From Elsinoe ampelina (taxonomy: Eukaryota), in the NCBI GenBank assembly GCA_010093995.1, contig ML992508.1, positions 902,506 through 966,505 on the forward strand: a stretch of 64,000 bases of DNA, written 5' to 3'. The notes below the pieces were generated by a model. That model was not told the DNA's origin, did not search any database, and saw only the letters and a program-made list of their open reading frames with translations. Within the stretch, counting starts at the first letter, position 1. The number at the start of each line of letters is the position of its first letter. Shown in pieces: positions 49,165-59,642 of this stretch. Position numbers and translations under genes: made by a program.

Positions 49165-49444
49165 ATGTGCCTCCAGGTGCTTCCTGGTTACTTGATCTTC
49201 ACATGTGGGCATGCCCAGCCAATGCCGCAGTTTGGATCGGGCATCCAGCTATGCGATACAGCGCGTCGGACGTTGCGGCAATGTCAATCGATGCAGAGGT
49301 TCAGGCCTGACGCATACACTGTGGACAAGTGTCCGGCATGTCAAGCTGTGAGTCCAGGCTACCTGTTGCGTTTCGACGGCTGATCGTGGATCGCAGGAAG
49401 CCGGCTCGCGACAGAGGAGATCCAACGGTGACGGAGCTCGCTAA
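49165..49444 (+). CDS. Array copy 18 (intron 49348-49396)
   Basis: MCLQVLPGYLIFTCGHAQPMPQFGSGIQLCDTARRTLRQC...DKCPACQA | EAGSRQRRSNGDGAR*. Confidence 0.86.
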
Positions 49445-49713
49445 GTAGAGCAAGTCTTCCCATCATCGATGTCGGTTGCCTGCAGAGTCTCGAACGCAGT
49501 GGTTGGGCGTCTGCAATGTCCTGTGGCCAAGCAGCGCCCGAGTTTCGCAACCTGGACGATTGGATATAAACCATGCCATGTTTCCCTGTGTGATGGCAGC
49601 AGGATTTTCCGCAATTTGACCAGTCCTTAAAATGGTCGACAGTCCTTGCAGACGTTTGCTTTGCAAACTTCAAATCCCTCTCGATCTATTCTGCTCTTGA
49701 ACATCTTCCAACA

Positions 49714-49990
49714 ATGTGCTTCCGCCTCATTCCCGGCTACGATATCTTCGAATGCGGCCATGCCAAGCCCACGCCCCCTATAGACCCGTATCTGCCATGT
49801 GAGACGGCCAAAAGGACTATGGTTCTTTGCCAGACGATGGGCGAGCTGCGACCTGACCGCCATGTGGCGGGAAAGTGTTTAGCGTGTCAACATGTGAGTC
49901 TAGGATACTGGTTGTACTTCTTCGACTTATCGCGAACAGTTCGAGGCTGAGGAGCGGGCCAGGAGAGCCAACGGTAATGGCGGCCAGTAG
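49714..49990 (+). CDS. Array copy 19 (intron 49894-49939)
   Basis: MCFRLIPGYDIFECGHAKPTPP...PCETAKRTMVLC...GKCLACQH | FEAEERARRANGNGGQ*. Confidence 0.85.
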
Positions 49991-50464
49991 AAGAGTAGAG
50001 GTCGCGGCGGGCAGTGCGAGGTTGGTCATCTAGACCATCTCGGGGTTGGACGCTCGTTGGAGCGGGCTGATCTGATAGAATGCATTTCAACGGATTATTA
50101 TTACAAAGACTTCTTCCGTCCAAAATCCAAGCTACTCTCATATGCGCTATTATCTTTTCATGAAGCATCATCACTGGCTATCGTAAAATGCGCCGCTGCC
50201 GCCTCTCTTCCCCGACGTCGAAGCGGTGCATACTGGACTCTTCACCGCTAAGGCTTTAGCGCCATTCCTGGCAGCGATGGAGGTGCTTGGAAGCAAAATT
50301 CGCTCGAATCAACAAGCGTGTTTGCTATTTGGCCGGAGTGGCTCGACTCCGGGAGAAATGGGCGGATGTCTGCCCGAATCACGTCCTGTGATCGAAGCTA
50401 CGATCTCAGCATTGTGACGTCTCCGAGCGGACTCGTACATCGGGTATCATGTCAGTCCTTCTCT

Positions 50465-51857
50465 TCAACCCTTACGGAAGACGGCAAACAAACTCCTCCT
50501 CTTGCTAGCCCTGGTGCTGTGGGAGTCCTCCCGATCTCTGTAGTGCGGTATAGGAGGTGGTGGAGGCATGCCAAAGTCTTTCGAACCAGTCTCATCGGCA
50601 CTGCTTGATTCAGTGTTGCTAGGAAAGAAAGACAGCTGACGATCGTCCGACCCTGGCGTAGGATCCGGAGTAGGTACCATTGGCTGCCAGTCTACGTTGT
50701 CCTCTCGAAAGCGGCTGGAGTAGGTGGTGACGGGTCGAGGCCGATGAAAGTTGAGCGTCATATCGCTGTGATGTCGGCGGTGGTCTGCATTTACCGATTG
50801 GGCTACCTGAAAGCTGTCGACGCGAGGCGATAGTTCGCTTGCATGGATAGATGAGACTTCACTCCGGACTGACATCTGCCGTTGAGGTTCTGACATTGAG
50901 CTGATTTGTTGCCGAAGGACTTTGTTAGCAGACGAGGGAGGCGGTGCGATCGGATTCATGCCGTTGGCGACCCCGGGGCTTTCGAGGTCTAGCCCTGGAG
51001 AGATTGCCTGACGGGCATCGTAGAGTTGTCTCGGCGTTCGATGATTGAGGTGAGCGACTGTGCTGCCAGTCATGCCAACATTCTCTTCCAAGATTGACTG
51101 GAAGCGGACAATACCGCGGTGAGTGGGCACGCTGAGCACTTGATGCATGAGTCTTTGGATTTCGATAGTGTTGGTGACGTTGATGTCGTATTCGAGCTGG
51201 CTCGGAGTGGTCGTAATGGTCAGCATGTACGCAGGATCAAAAGACGAGGCAAGCATGAGGCAAGCGCTGTGGTCAACATTGATCATGATCCCATTTTGTG
51301 AGCAGAAGTAGATCTTGGCCAGCAACTTGGAAAGCTCCGTGACGAGTCTGAACTCGTCCTTGACCTGGGAGGTGATCAGAATGGTAGGCTAGAGGGGTGA
51401 CATTTCAAATACTCACGATGACATTCGTCCGGAGCTGAACAAAAATGGGAATGATCTCTTGAATGTGCTCGTCGAGAGATGACAGTTGGGTGCTTTTGAA
51501 GCTCGACACTACCTCTGCCGTCTTCAAAGGCGTCTGCACGGCGAAAGAAGTGTCGAGAGGAGACACCAGAGGTAACGGTGACACCAAAGGCTGAAGGCGC
51601 GGGTCCTCGGCGATGTTATCCAGAGGGGAATCGATCTTGACTGCGCCGGGCTTCAGCGATCGAATTGGAGTGACGTTCTCCTTCTCAGCGCCTTCGTAGG
51701 CGAACTCGGCCTCTGCTGGTGAGAGAAACTCTCCAATCTTGTCCATTGGCTGGTGGAATTTAGTGATTGGACGCTGTGCGCCTTGACGAACATCGAGATC
51801 AGCCATGCCGGAGACGGGAAAATTGTGACGAAGAACACCAGCGGTGGCAATTGGCAT
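50465..51857 (-). CDS. MIF/tautomerase-like domain protein (intron 51365-51416); start uncertain
   Basis: The spliced sequence QLRTNVI|VKDEFRLVTELS...IMINVDHSACLMLASSFDPAYMLTI...RGIVRFQSILEEN resembles fungal MIF-domain proteins as I recall them. Confidence 0.72.
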
Positions 51858-53345
51858 GATCAGGAAGTGTTGCTCATTAGTGCACCTTGTGCAAGGCCGA
51901 CAACCTTTCCGCTACTGGCGTTGAAGCGGAGTCCAAAGTGCGAGGCTCCAAACGGCCTTGATGGGTCGAGCTGTGTGTTGCAAGGGGCAGTCGCGTCCGT
52001 CCAAGTGAATTGAATTGTTCAAGCGGTCTATTGTCAAGTCGAAATGTTGAGAATACTCCGCCAAAGCACAGAATCAAGGCGAGACAGACCTACCGCTAGC
52101 TCGCGCGAGGACGCGGGAGGTGATATTTGATGGGCTCGCAGAATGGCGCGCATGAACGGTTGCTCGAAGCATGGTTCACTAGGGATCTACATTTTGATTC
52201 AGAAAGGTTTAGCTCGGGTACAGAGTCGAAGTTTGAGTCTGAAACCTATCCCAAAGGACAGCTTTTTTTTGTATCGGACTCTGGCACACGTGATGACGCG
52301 ACCGGTGGAAAGCTTGTCGGGAGAGGTCGAGATGGCGGACGTTGGCTCAAGGAGTCGTTCAGCCATGGACACGACGCGTTGGAAGAGGAGAAGGAAGAGT
52401 TGTATGTGAAGAGTGGAAGACAGGTTGAAGGAAATTGGATGTGGTGGATTGACAGAGGGAAGGATCTACCTCACCCAAAGTGACGGGCTCCTCATCAAGC
52501 TGATCGGGTCGATCCCCGCACTAAACTCATCTCCCTCTATGCCCTCTGTCCCAAATCGTAAATATCTTCATACATTCAAGGACCCCATCAGGCCTGTTTC
52601 GCCCTAACAGCTCCGACCTTTGAAACTGAGCCTTTTATCGATCTTGCCTTTCTATACGGTCAAGCAGTACTACTTGCTGTACAAGCCCTGGAGAAACGCA
52701 TCGACATTCTGTCAACTTGATCAGTCGTTTAAGACAGTTTCCCCTTCGGCTCCGGCCTCAACGCTCTCCTTGCAGAGAGATACGAGCGTCTCAAGACAGG
52801 ATCCGCACCGAGTTACCTATAAGCTTAATCGCCTCTGACACGGTCGAGACAATCAAACGCTCAAGCCTCTGCGCATCTCGCTCGGGTGTCGGCCATGGAA
52901 ATCAGATCTGCTGACCACCGGCTTTGACCCCTCGAACTTTTTCCTTGCTTACTGAGACCACGCATGTCATTGATTCCGCGCACGATCCTTCAAAGTACGA
53001 TGACCGGTTCGAGCTCAGACTCACACATGCACGATCTACAACTCCACGATCTCGCATCTCACTCCAACGCAGATCTACCGACACGATGATGCCCATCCTC
53101 CACTCATTCGCCTCTCCGTGACGCCTCATGACGATCCCATGATGAGATCTCGACATCTGACAACAACACTGCATCAAAGCAGCTGTACACAGCATCATGG
53201 CGTAAGCAATGGTCAGTGATAAGATATAGTCCATATTCCATTTGTTTCCTACCCTTCCCAATCTATTCACCCCATCCGTTTAATCTCCACCACTCCCAAC
53301 CCCAACACACACCCACCACAACCCCACACCACCAGCATCAACAAA

Positions 53346-53753
53346 ATGGACGGCGACTCCTCCCGCCGCGCCCTCGACAAGGGCGCCACCGCCGCCAAGC
53401 CCCACGTAGACATGGCCGACGACTCCATGTTCGACCCAGCCAAAGCAAAAGGCGAGCCCATCGGCGAGAAGACGACCGGCGCAGGCACCCCGGCGTTCAA
53501 CAAAGACGGCGCCATCGGGAAGCAATTCACCAGTGAGTACACGACATGATGCATTTCTTTCCCTCGATGGAAGAAGAGGAGAAAATCTGACAAGTTCCTA
53601 GCGTCCGGCGTCCTAGGTGGTGCAGCGCAGAAGATCGGTGGACCGCTCGACAAGGATGGGATGATTGGGAAGCACTTTACTACTGGAGGGTCGATCGGGG
53701 GTTCGGTGCAGGAGCATTTGGGGAAGGGGGAGAGTGCTTCGGTTACGAAGTAA
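53346..53753 (+). CDS. Small hydrophilic Gly-rich protein with internal repeat (intron 53533-53601)
   Basis: Repeat FNKDGAIGKQFT / LDKDGMIGKHFT. Intron reads GTGAGT...CTGAC...TAG. Confidence 0.8.
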
Positions 53754-54076
53754 TTCTTACATCGACCGATAGCTGATAAACACTGCCATGATGAGGATAA
53801 AGTAAATTTCGTATCGACCATGCTGTAAATGAATAACATGTCAAGATCACATGGCTCATTGCAAATAGGAAATGGTTCTGTTGAATAGTGTATTACCTCT
53901 TCCCTCCAACATCCGGTATTCATAATGACAGATTGGTATATATCGCACTACTCCAAATTCATGCCCACATAACTCATAACCCCATGCTAGAAATACCGCC
54001 GTGGTACCTCCCTGCCTGATCCTCCTCGCACCTCACCCTCGCCTGAATCTCCTTTCCCCCTCGCCCACCCCTTGAT

Positions 54077-56967
54077 TCATCCCCCCGTCGCCCCACCCAC
54101 AACCTCCTTCTCCCCATCCCCCTCCCCCTCCCCCTCAACCTCAATCCCCAACCCCCTCCCCACTTCCACATCCAACATCCCACCCCCACCCACACTATCC
54201 TCCCTCGTCTCCCTCCCCTTCCCCTCCTTCTTGTCCTCCCCCTCCCTCAACGCCGGCGGCCTCTCCCTCCTCTCCCTCGCCTTCTTCAAACTGATAGTCG
54301 GCTGATTGTAACTCGTCGTCACCCTCCCACTGGCATCATAATCGATCGTCGCCTTCATCAACGCCGCCATCCACAGTCTCCCCTCCTGCCTACTCCCCAC
54401 CGCAAAATAATGCACCACCGGCTTCGTGAAATTCACCGCTTTACTCATGCCCTGTCGCGGCGGGACGAGTTTGAAGATGAACAGCCCTTCGTCCGCGTCT
54501 GGTCCGCCGGCTTTGCCCGCCGCGAGGTCGGCGGCGGCCGAGGTGGTGAGGGAGGCGGACGAGTCCGGGCCGGGGGTCTGTGGGGACTTGGCGCCAGTGA
54601 GGGTGGCGTGGAGCCCAGTCATGCGGTCGTTTTCGGCGGGGAGGACGCGGTGGCCCGAGATGTCGATGAGGCCTTTTTCTTCCGTGTCGGTTTCAGAGTA
54701 GTAATAGCTGAGGCGGCGGCCGCGGAGGACGAAGAGGCGGGGTTTCCACGTGCCCACGAGAGAGGCGGATTTCTTCTTCATCCATCCGCTGTAGTCGGCG
54801 CCGATCATTTGGTCGCGGGGTGATTTCTTTTCGAGACCACGCGTGTAGGCGGATGTGAGTTTCTTGGACCGAGCGCGAGGGCGAGTGCGTGGGGCGGGGA
54901 GGACAGTGACGGGCTGGCCGAGATTTTGGGACGAGCCAGTGGAGAGGCGAGAGGGGTCGGATTTGGCGGGGTCGTTGATGGATCGAGTCTCAGTAGATGG
55001 TGTGGTTGAGCCTGTTCGGGTAGGAGAGTTGAGTGGTGAGGGCTTTGAGGTGTTATTCGACTTTTCGGACGTGGCCACTGAATCGGATGCCACACGAAGA
55101 CCAGTCGCTTTGGGCTTCGAGAAGAATGAAAAGGTCCCAGCGGATGGTGAGTGACCAGTAGAAGATGCTTCGCTACCATGGAATGCAGGCGATCTCTGGT
55201 CGTAATCCAAGCGGGTCACTACCGGAGACGTAGGTACGTCCTTGCTGAAGGTCTTGCCGAAAGTCTTCGGTGAGCTAGCGGACCGGTTGCTCTTCATCTT
55301 GCTAAAGATGCCAGTGCTGACGACAGTGGAAGACAGAGGCGAATCCATCTTGGGTTGTGACTGATAAGATGCTCGGATGTTGTCTGTCGTCTCGCTGGGG
55401 TTGCGAGAGTGGCTTGCGCTTGCAATGGACTTCTTCTGGAGAACACTTCGTCGATTATTGCGCTTGTCGACCTCATTGCCGGAGAAGTAGCCACGATCGA
55501 GATCATTCGGCGAGCCCATAGGACCAAGACCCCAGTCCGTAGGTGCCTGGCTTACGTGACTGCCACTGCTTAGGCTGTACGCATGACCAAATTTGGATGC
55601 TCGTTTCGCCTGAGATGGATCAAAACCACTCGTAGACCGAACTCGTTCGTGGGATGGCTTAGCAACATTTCCGGGCGCCTGAGCGCCAGATGGAACCATT
55701 ACTCTTTGCATGGAAATGTCAGATCCAAGAGAAGAATGTCGGCGGGTGTGCTGCATGGTGCGGATATTCTGAGCAGAAGGTCGAGACTCGCCAATGCCAG
55801 GTCTGCCGGCCAGCGGAGAGCCAGGTTGCGGCGAAGTCGGGTGGATAGGAAATGGAATAGTGTTACTCCTGATTGCCGTCCCTGCTTGCATCTTCTGTCC
55901 TTGCTGCATGTTCGGACTGAGATATGAAGTTGTAGTCGCCATGGACGAGCTTCGCTGTCGTGCCGGGTCGATCAATGCACCATCAACAGACTCGTCGCCG
56001 CCTGCAGAATAATTTGATATGCTTCGAGGTACGGTCGGAGCTGCTGCTGCGCGAACCTCGTCCTGTAGGGCCTTGACTTTCTGCCACGTCTTCAATCTAC
56101 GCCCGACAGAGCCCAAATCGAATTCCTTGATGAAGATGGACGATTGATCCATATTGAGCAATACCTCGCCGGAAATCTCCTGCTCCTTGAACACTTCACA
56201 GTGTTGGCTCTCCACCCCTTGATCCTCAAGATACTCCGCAACCCTGTTCGGCGTCCAAGTCAAGACCTCCTTCTCGGTATGTAGATGCGTGTCCTCATCG
56301 TCCGTCTCATGTCCTCGGATGTACGAAGCACGATTGTCCGATACTGACGGTGGGTAGATGCTCGCCGAATCATGACTCGGACCTCTGTTCAGACTTTGCC
56401 TTGGGGTATTCATGTCGTTGATATGCTCTTTGATCACATCCAGTGTCTCGTTCATGACAGAATTTTGCGAAGTAATGACTGACGTCGAATGCAGCGCCTC
56501 CGGTGCCGAAGATCGCACATTTTCCAGACCTTGTTGTGCACTGGTCTTGACCGGGAGATCTTCACTGCCAGCTCTTTTGTGCCCTTCCTCTCCGTGCTTA
56601 CTCAATCCAGGCGACCCAGCCCCCGGGACGCCTTTCGGTGTTGGTCGCGTATACACCTCGGGGAACAGTCCGGTATTGCCATTTGCGAGGTGTTTGCCCA
56701 AGAACCATCCATCACCGAAGTCGTCGTCCCTCTCAATCAGCTCAATGCGGTCGCCCTTGGACAAGCTCAGCTCGTCCGGACTCCGGGCGACAAAATCATC
56801 TGCGGGCCGTGTCAGTTGGGATGTCTCGGACAGATCTTGATGACGCGCTGGCGGCGAAGACCCTTTGTGACGAAAAGCCTGCGCGTGTTGGTATACATAC
56901 GGATTACAATGAGCGTAGAACCCGGAGGCACTTGCTGCGGATCTGTGCCGTGCCGTGCCATCATCAT
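54077..56967 (-). CDS. Boi1/Boi2/Pob1-like polarity scaffold (SH3-SAM-PH); intron 56800-56900
   Basis: SH3 (HDFVARSPDELSLSKGDRIELIERDDDFGDGWFLG...GLFPEVY), SAM (WTPNRVAEYL...EQEISGEVLL) and PH (YSGWMKKK...WKPRLFVLRGRRLSYY...GRLWMAALMKATI). Confidence 0.92.
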
Positions 56968-57880
56968 GGTCGTCTGTTTACTTGTATCCAAGTGTGGGTG
57001 TTGCTCCTGTGGTATTCGTGTCGGCAGAAAAAAGAACTCATGACATAGCGGGCGACGGTTGAGCCAGTTCGAGTTTGCCGGAGTGGTTCAACGACGAGGG
57101 AGCCGTTGCGATTGTGGTGGACCGCCGGGGCTCGGAGCGAGTGTCAAAGGGTCGAGCGGGTGTCGTTGCTATCGTCGGTCACAAGTAATGTCGTGGGACG
57201 CGAAGATGGTCGTTTATGAGAGACGCAAGAATGGCAGAGGCGATGCAGAAATTGAAGACCTGGGATGGCGGCTGAAGAAGCAGCAAGACAATTGCAAAAC
57301 AAGGGCGGACTTTGGATGACGCTAGGAGAGCCAGTTCTCCGTCCAAAGGAGTCCTTCAAAGTTCGTTACGGGTCCTTGACTCCTGCGCCGCCTGTCATGG
57401 AATCCCCTCGGTCCCCTTGGTCACGCCCTAACACGCCAAGGAACAGCAGAACAGGAGACTGGCTTCAATGACGACGATCTCGTCTCTCACCCTGTTCCAC
57501 TCCTTCATTCCTTCCCTGCAAGCACTCAAAGACAGCTGTCGATCCGTGAATTTGGCATCTCTGTCCTACCTGCATTTGTTCCTGATCTTGACCGCTTTGA
57601 CTCTAGACTAGCAATCTTGGACGACGATGGGCAAGGAGTAAGGTTACACGGCTTCAGCTACTGCTACTCAAGTAATTTCTTAATGATCCGAAGGGAATCA
57701 GTGGGGTATCGCTGATTAGCAAAGCTGTTTAATCTATCAAGTACGTGATGCATAACTTTTCCCAATGCCCAGATGACCTCCCTCCCATTCATCGTATGAA
57801 TATCATCCCAGATGCGCCGGTTTCATGAATGCAGCTCGCCCAATTCGTCAAAGTTCAACAAGGAAAATCGTAAAACGCAT

Positions 57881-58828
57881 TCAAGCAGCAGGCTGGGTGA
57901 TGACCTGACTGGCTTGAGCGCCAACCGTGGCTTCCAGCTCCGGCACTCGCATGCGCTCCTCTGCCAGCATCCGCAATGCGCTGGCTAGGTTCAACGTGGC
58001 TGGCAGGTGGTTCTGCAGCTCCGAGATGCGGGTCAAAATGTCCTCGCGGACTGAAGTCAAGCTTCCAGCGACTGTCCCTCGCGCTTGAGATGATGTCCAA
58101 TCGTGGCACAGCTCTTCAACCCAGTCTTCCAGATCTGCCGAGAGGTTGACAGGCTCGCCTCGCTGGTGTCGTCTGATGACATCCATGATCTGCTGCGATA
58201 GCTCCATGGCGCTGCGAGTGGCGTTTGTCGCACCCTGCGTGCTTGACGAGTCGTCAGATTCTCCATCTGAATCATCGTCCATTTGCGCAGGCGATTCGGT
58301 CATCCGTTCCGGCTCTTGCACTTCAAGGTCGCAATGCGTGGCAGACTGCGGAGAAGGCAGCTGTCGTTCGGCAGAGACCGTGGTCAGCGTCATCGTGGTG
58401 GTAGCCCGAATCTGCGCCGTCTCCTTCGTCCGCGGGTTAACCCAGTCCAAGATGTCATCGCCTGTGGTGTCCAAAACTTTAATTCCTTCGTCTTTCTCAA
58501 AGCGCTCCCTCGCCCAGAGCGTGCCTTCCCATCGAGCCATGTCCAGTACTTCGCAGTCGGTGATCCCTAGAGCTTTGATCGCACGGAAGAGACGGGCGTG
58601 ATGAGGGAATGAAGCGAGTCGCCGAATGTGTGGAAAATGGGTATAGTTGAGGCCGGGGTATCGGGCCTCCACGCTATCCAGGCTGCCATAGAATCGGGCC
58701 GTCTCTACACGGATTTCGGGGATGAGGTTGCGGGCGAGATGATTGGAGAAATTGTTTGGGTCATTGGACGTCGGTCGAGGATAGAGGTATTGGTAGAGAA
58801 GAGTGGTGACGGGAACTTTTCGAAGCAT
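57881..58828 (-). CDS. Conserved-looking fungal hypothetical protein
   Basis: 315-aa ATG ORF with a globular N-terminal half (EARYPGLNY, RWEGTLWARERFEKDEG) and an acidic disordered C-terminal half. Confidence 0.75.
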   Translation of the reverse strand: MLRKVPVTTLLYQYLYPRPTSNDPNNFSNHLARNLIPEIRVETARFYGSLDSVEARYPGLNYTHFPHIRRLASFPHHARLFRAIKALGITDCEVLDMARWEGTLWARERFEKDEGIKVLDTTGDDILDWVNPRTKETAQIRATTTMTLTTVSAERQLPSPQSATHCDLEVQEPERMTESPAQMDDDSDGESDDSSSTQGATNATRSAMELSQQIMDVIRRHQRGEPVNLSADLEDWVEELCHDWTSSQARGTVAGSLTSVREDILTRISELQNHLPATLNLASALRMLAEERMRVPELEATVGAQASQVITQPAA

Positions 58829-59642
58829 GGTTAAGCGCTGATGCCGACGCCAGCCGGGCCGGGGGATGAAGGTAATGGGTCGGTGCTTGTGAATACCACC
58901 TCTTCCTCTGCGATCTTGTCTGCAAAACTACCAGTGTGTATACTGAATTGGTGAAGAAGCTGTCGCGTGTTTCCAAATGAAGAAAAAGGAGGGGGACCTG
59001 CAGGTTCGGGGATGCAGGTCAATGCAGGCGGCGGCGCCAAAAGCTGTTTGTGTTTGTGTGCCTCTCTTTACAGCTTGCGCGGCATTGCGTTCCTGGACGG
59101 TCTCGTAGGGTCGGATCGTGAAGCGGGGAAGTCAACGTGATATTAGCTATTGGAGAAGATGCTAAGGCAAAGAAAAAGTCGCAGTCAAGGGGATGGAGAG
59201 AGAGTATGTGAAGATGAGGATTGCGGTGAAGCGGCGATGCCGCCTGCTGATTTTCACAAATTCCAGAAGTGACCATCTGCCTGTTGCCATTTTGAGCCAA
59301 TCACCTGCAGGGTTTTTCACCTCCACGTGCACATCTCCCGGCTGGAAGCATGATGGATTTATTCTGGATCTTCGTATCTCATGATTCTAATATATGTGCC
59401 CTTGCAGTCACCGCTACCATATCCCACTTCACACTACCATGATGTTGCCGCCATTCGAGCACGGAGCCCCCAGCCCAGCAGATCAGGGCACCAGATGTTC
59501 ATGATCTGCATGATCCCCCGCTACGGCTTCAACTTTCCCCGATGGTTCGCCAAGAGATATATTCTTCCTGCCACCTGGTTCGATTACCAGGCAGCATTCA
59601 ATTGTATCGTGTCAGTCGTCATAGATCCAAGCGATCTTCCAC

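Larger units (their letters stand above)
33434..49990 (+). repeat. Tandem array of 19 diverged MC-CxH-C-C-CxxC micro-genes (putative Zn-binding family)
   Basis: 19 same-strand loci, mostly 0.5-1 kb apart, share Cys/His spacing, an ATG-TGY start and mostly a common intron position. Confidence 0.93.

Noticed and set aside
33434..49990. Reading the array as secreted Cys-rich effectors, hydrophobins, metallothioneins or a CRISPR-like array
   Set aside because: There are no signal peptides, no CC doublet pattern and the Cys density is too low for metallothionein. There are no identical DNA repeats; similarity is only at the protein-motif and intron level.
53974..54260. G-rich low-complexity 3' end of the Boi-like gene with an alternative-frame C-terminus
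   Set aside because: Several genes here have G-rich 3' ends, and I cannot distinguish a real end from a homopolymer indel.
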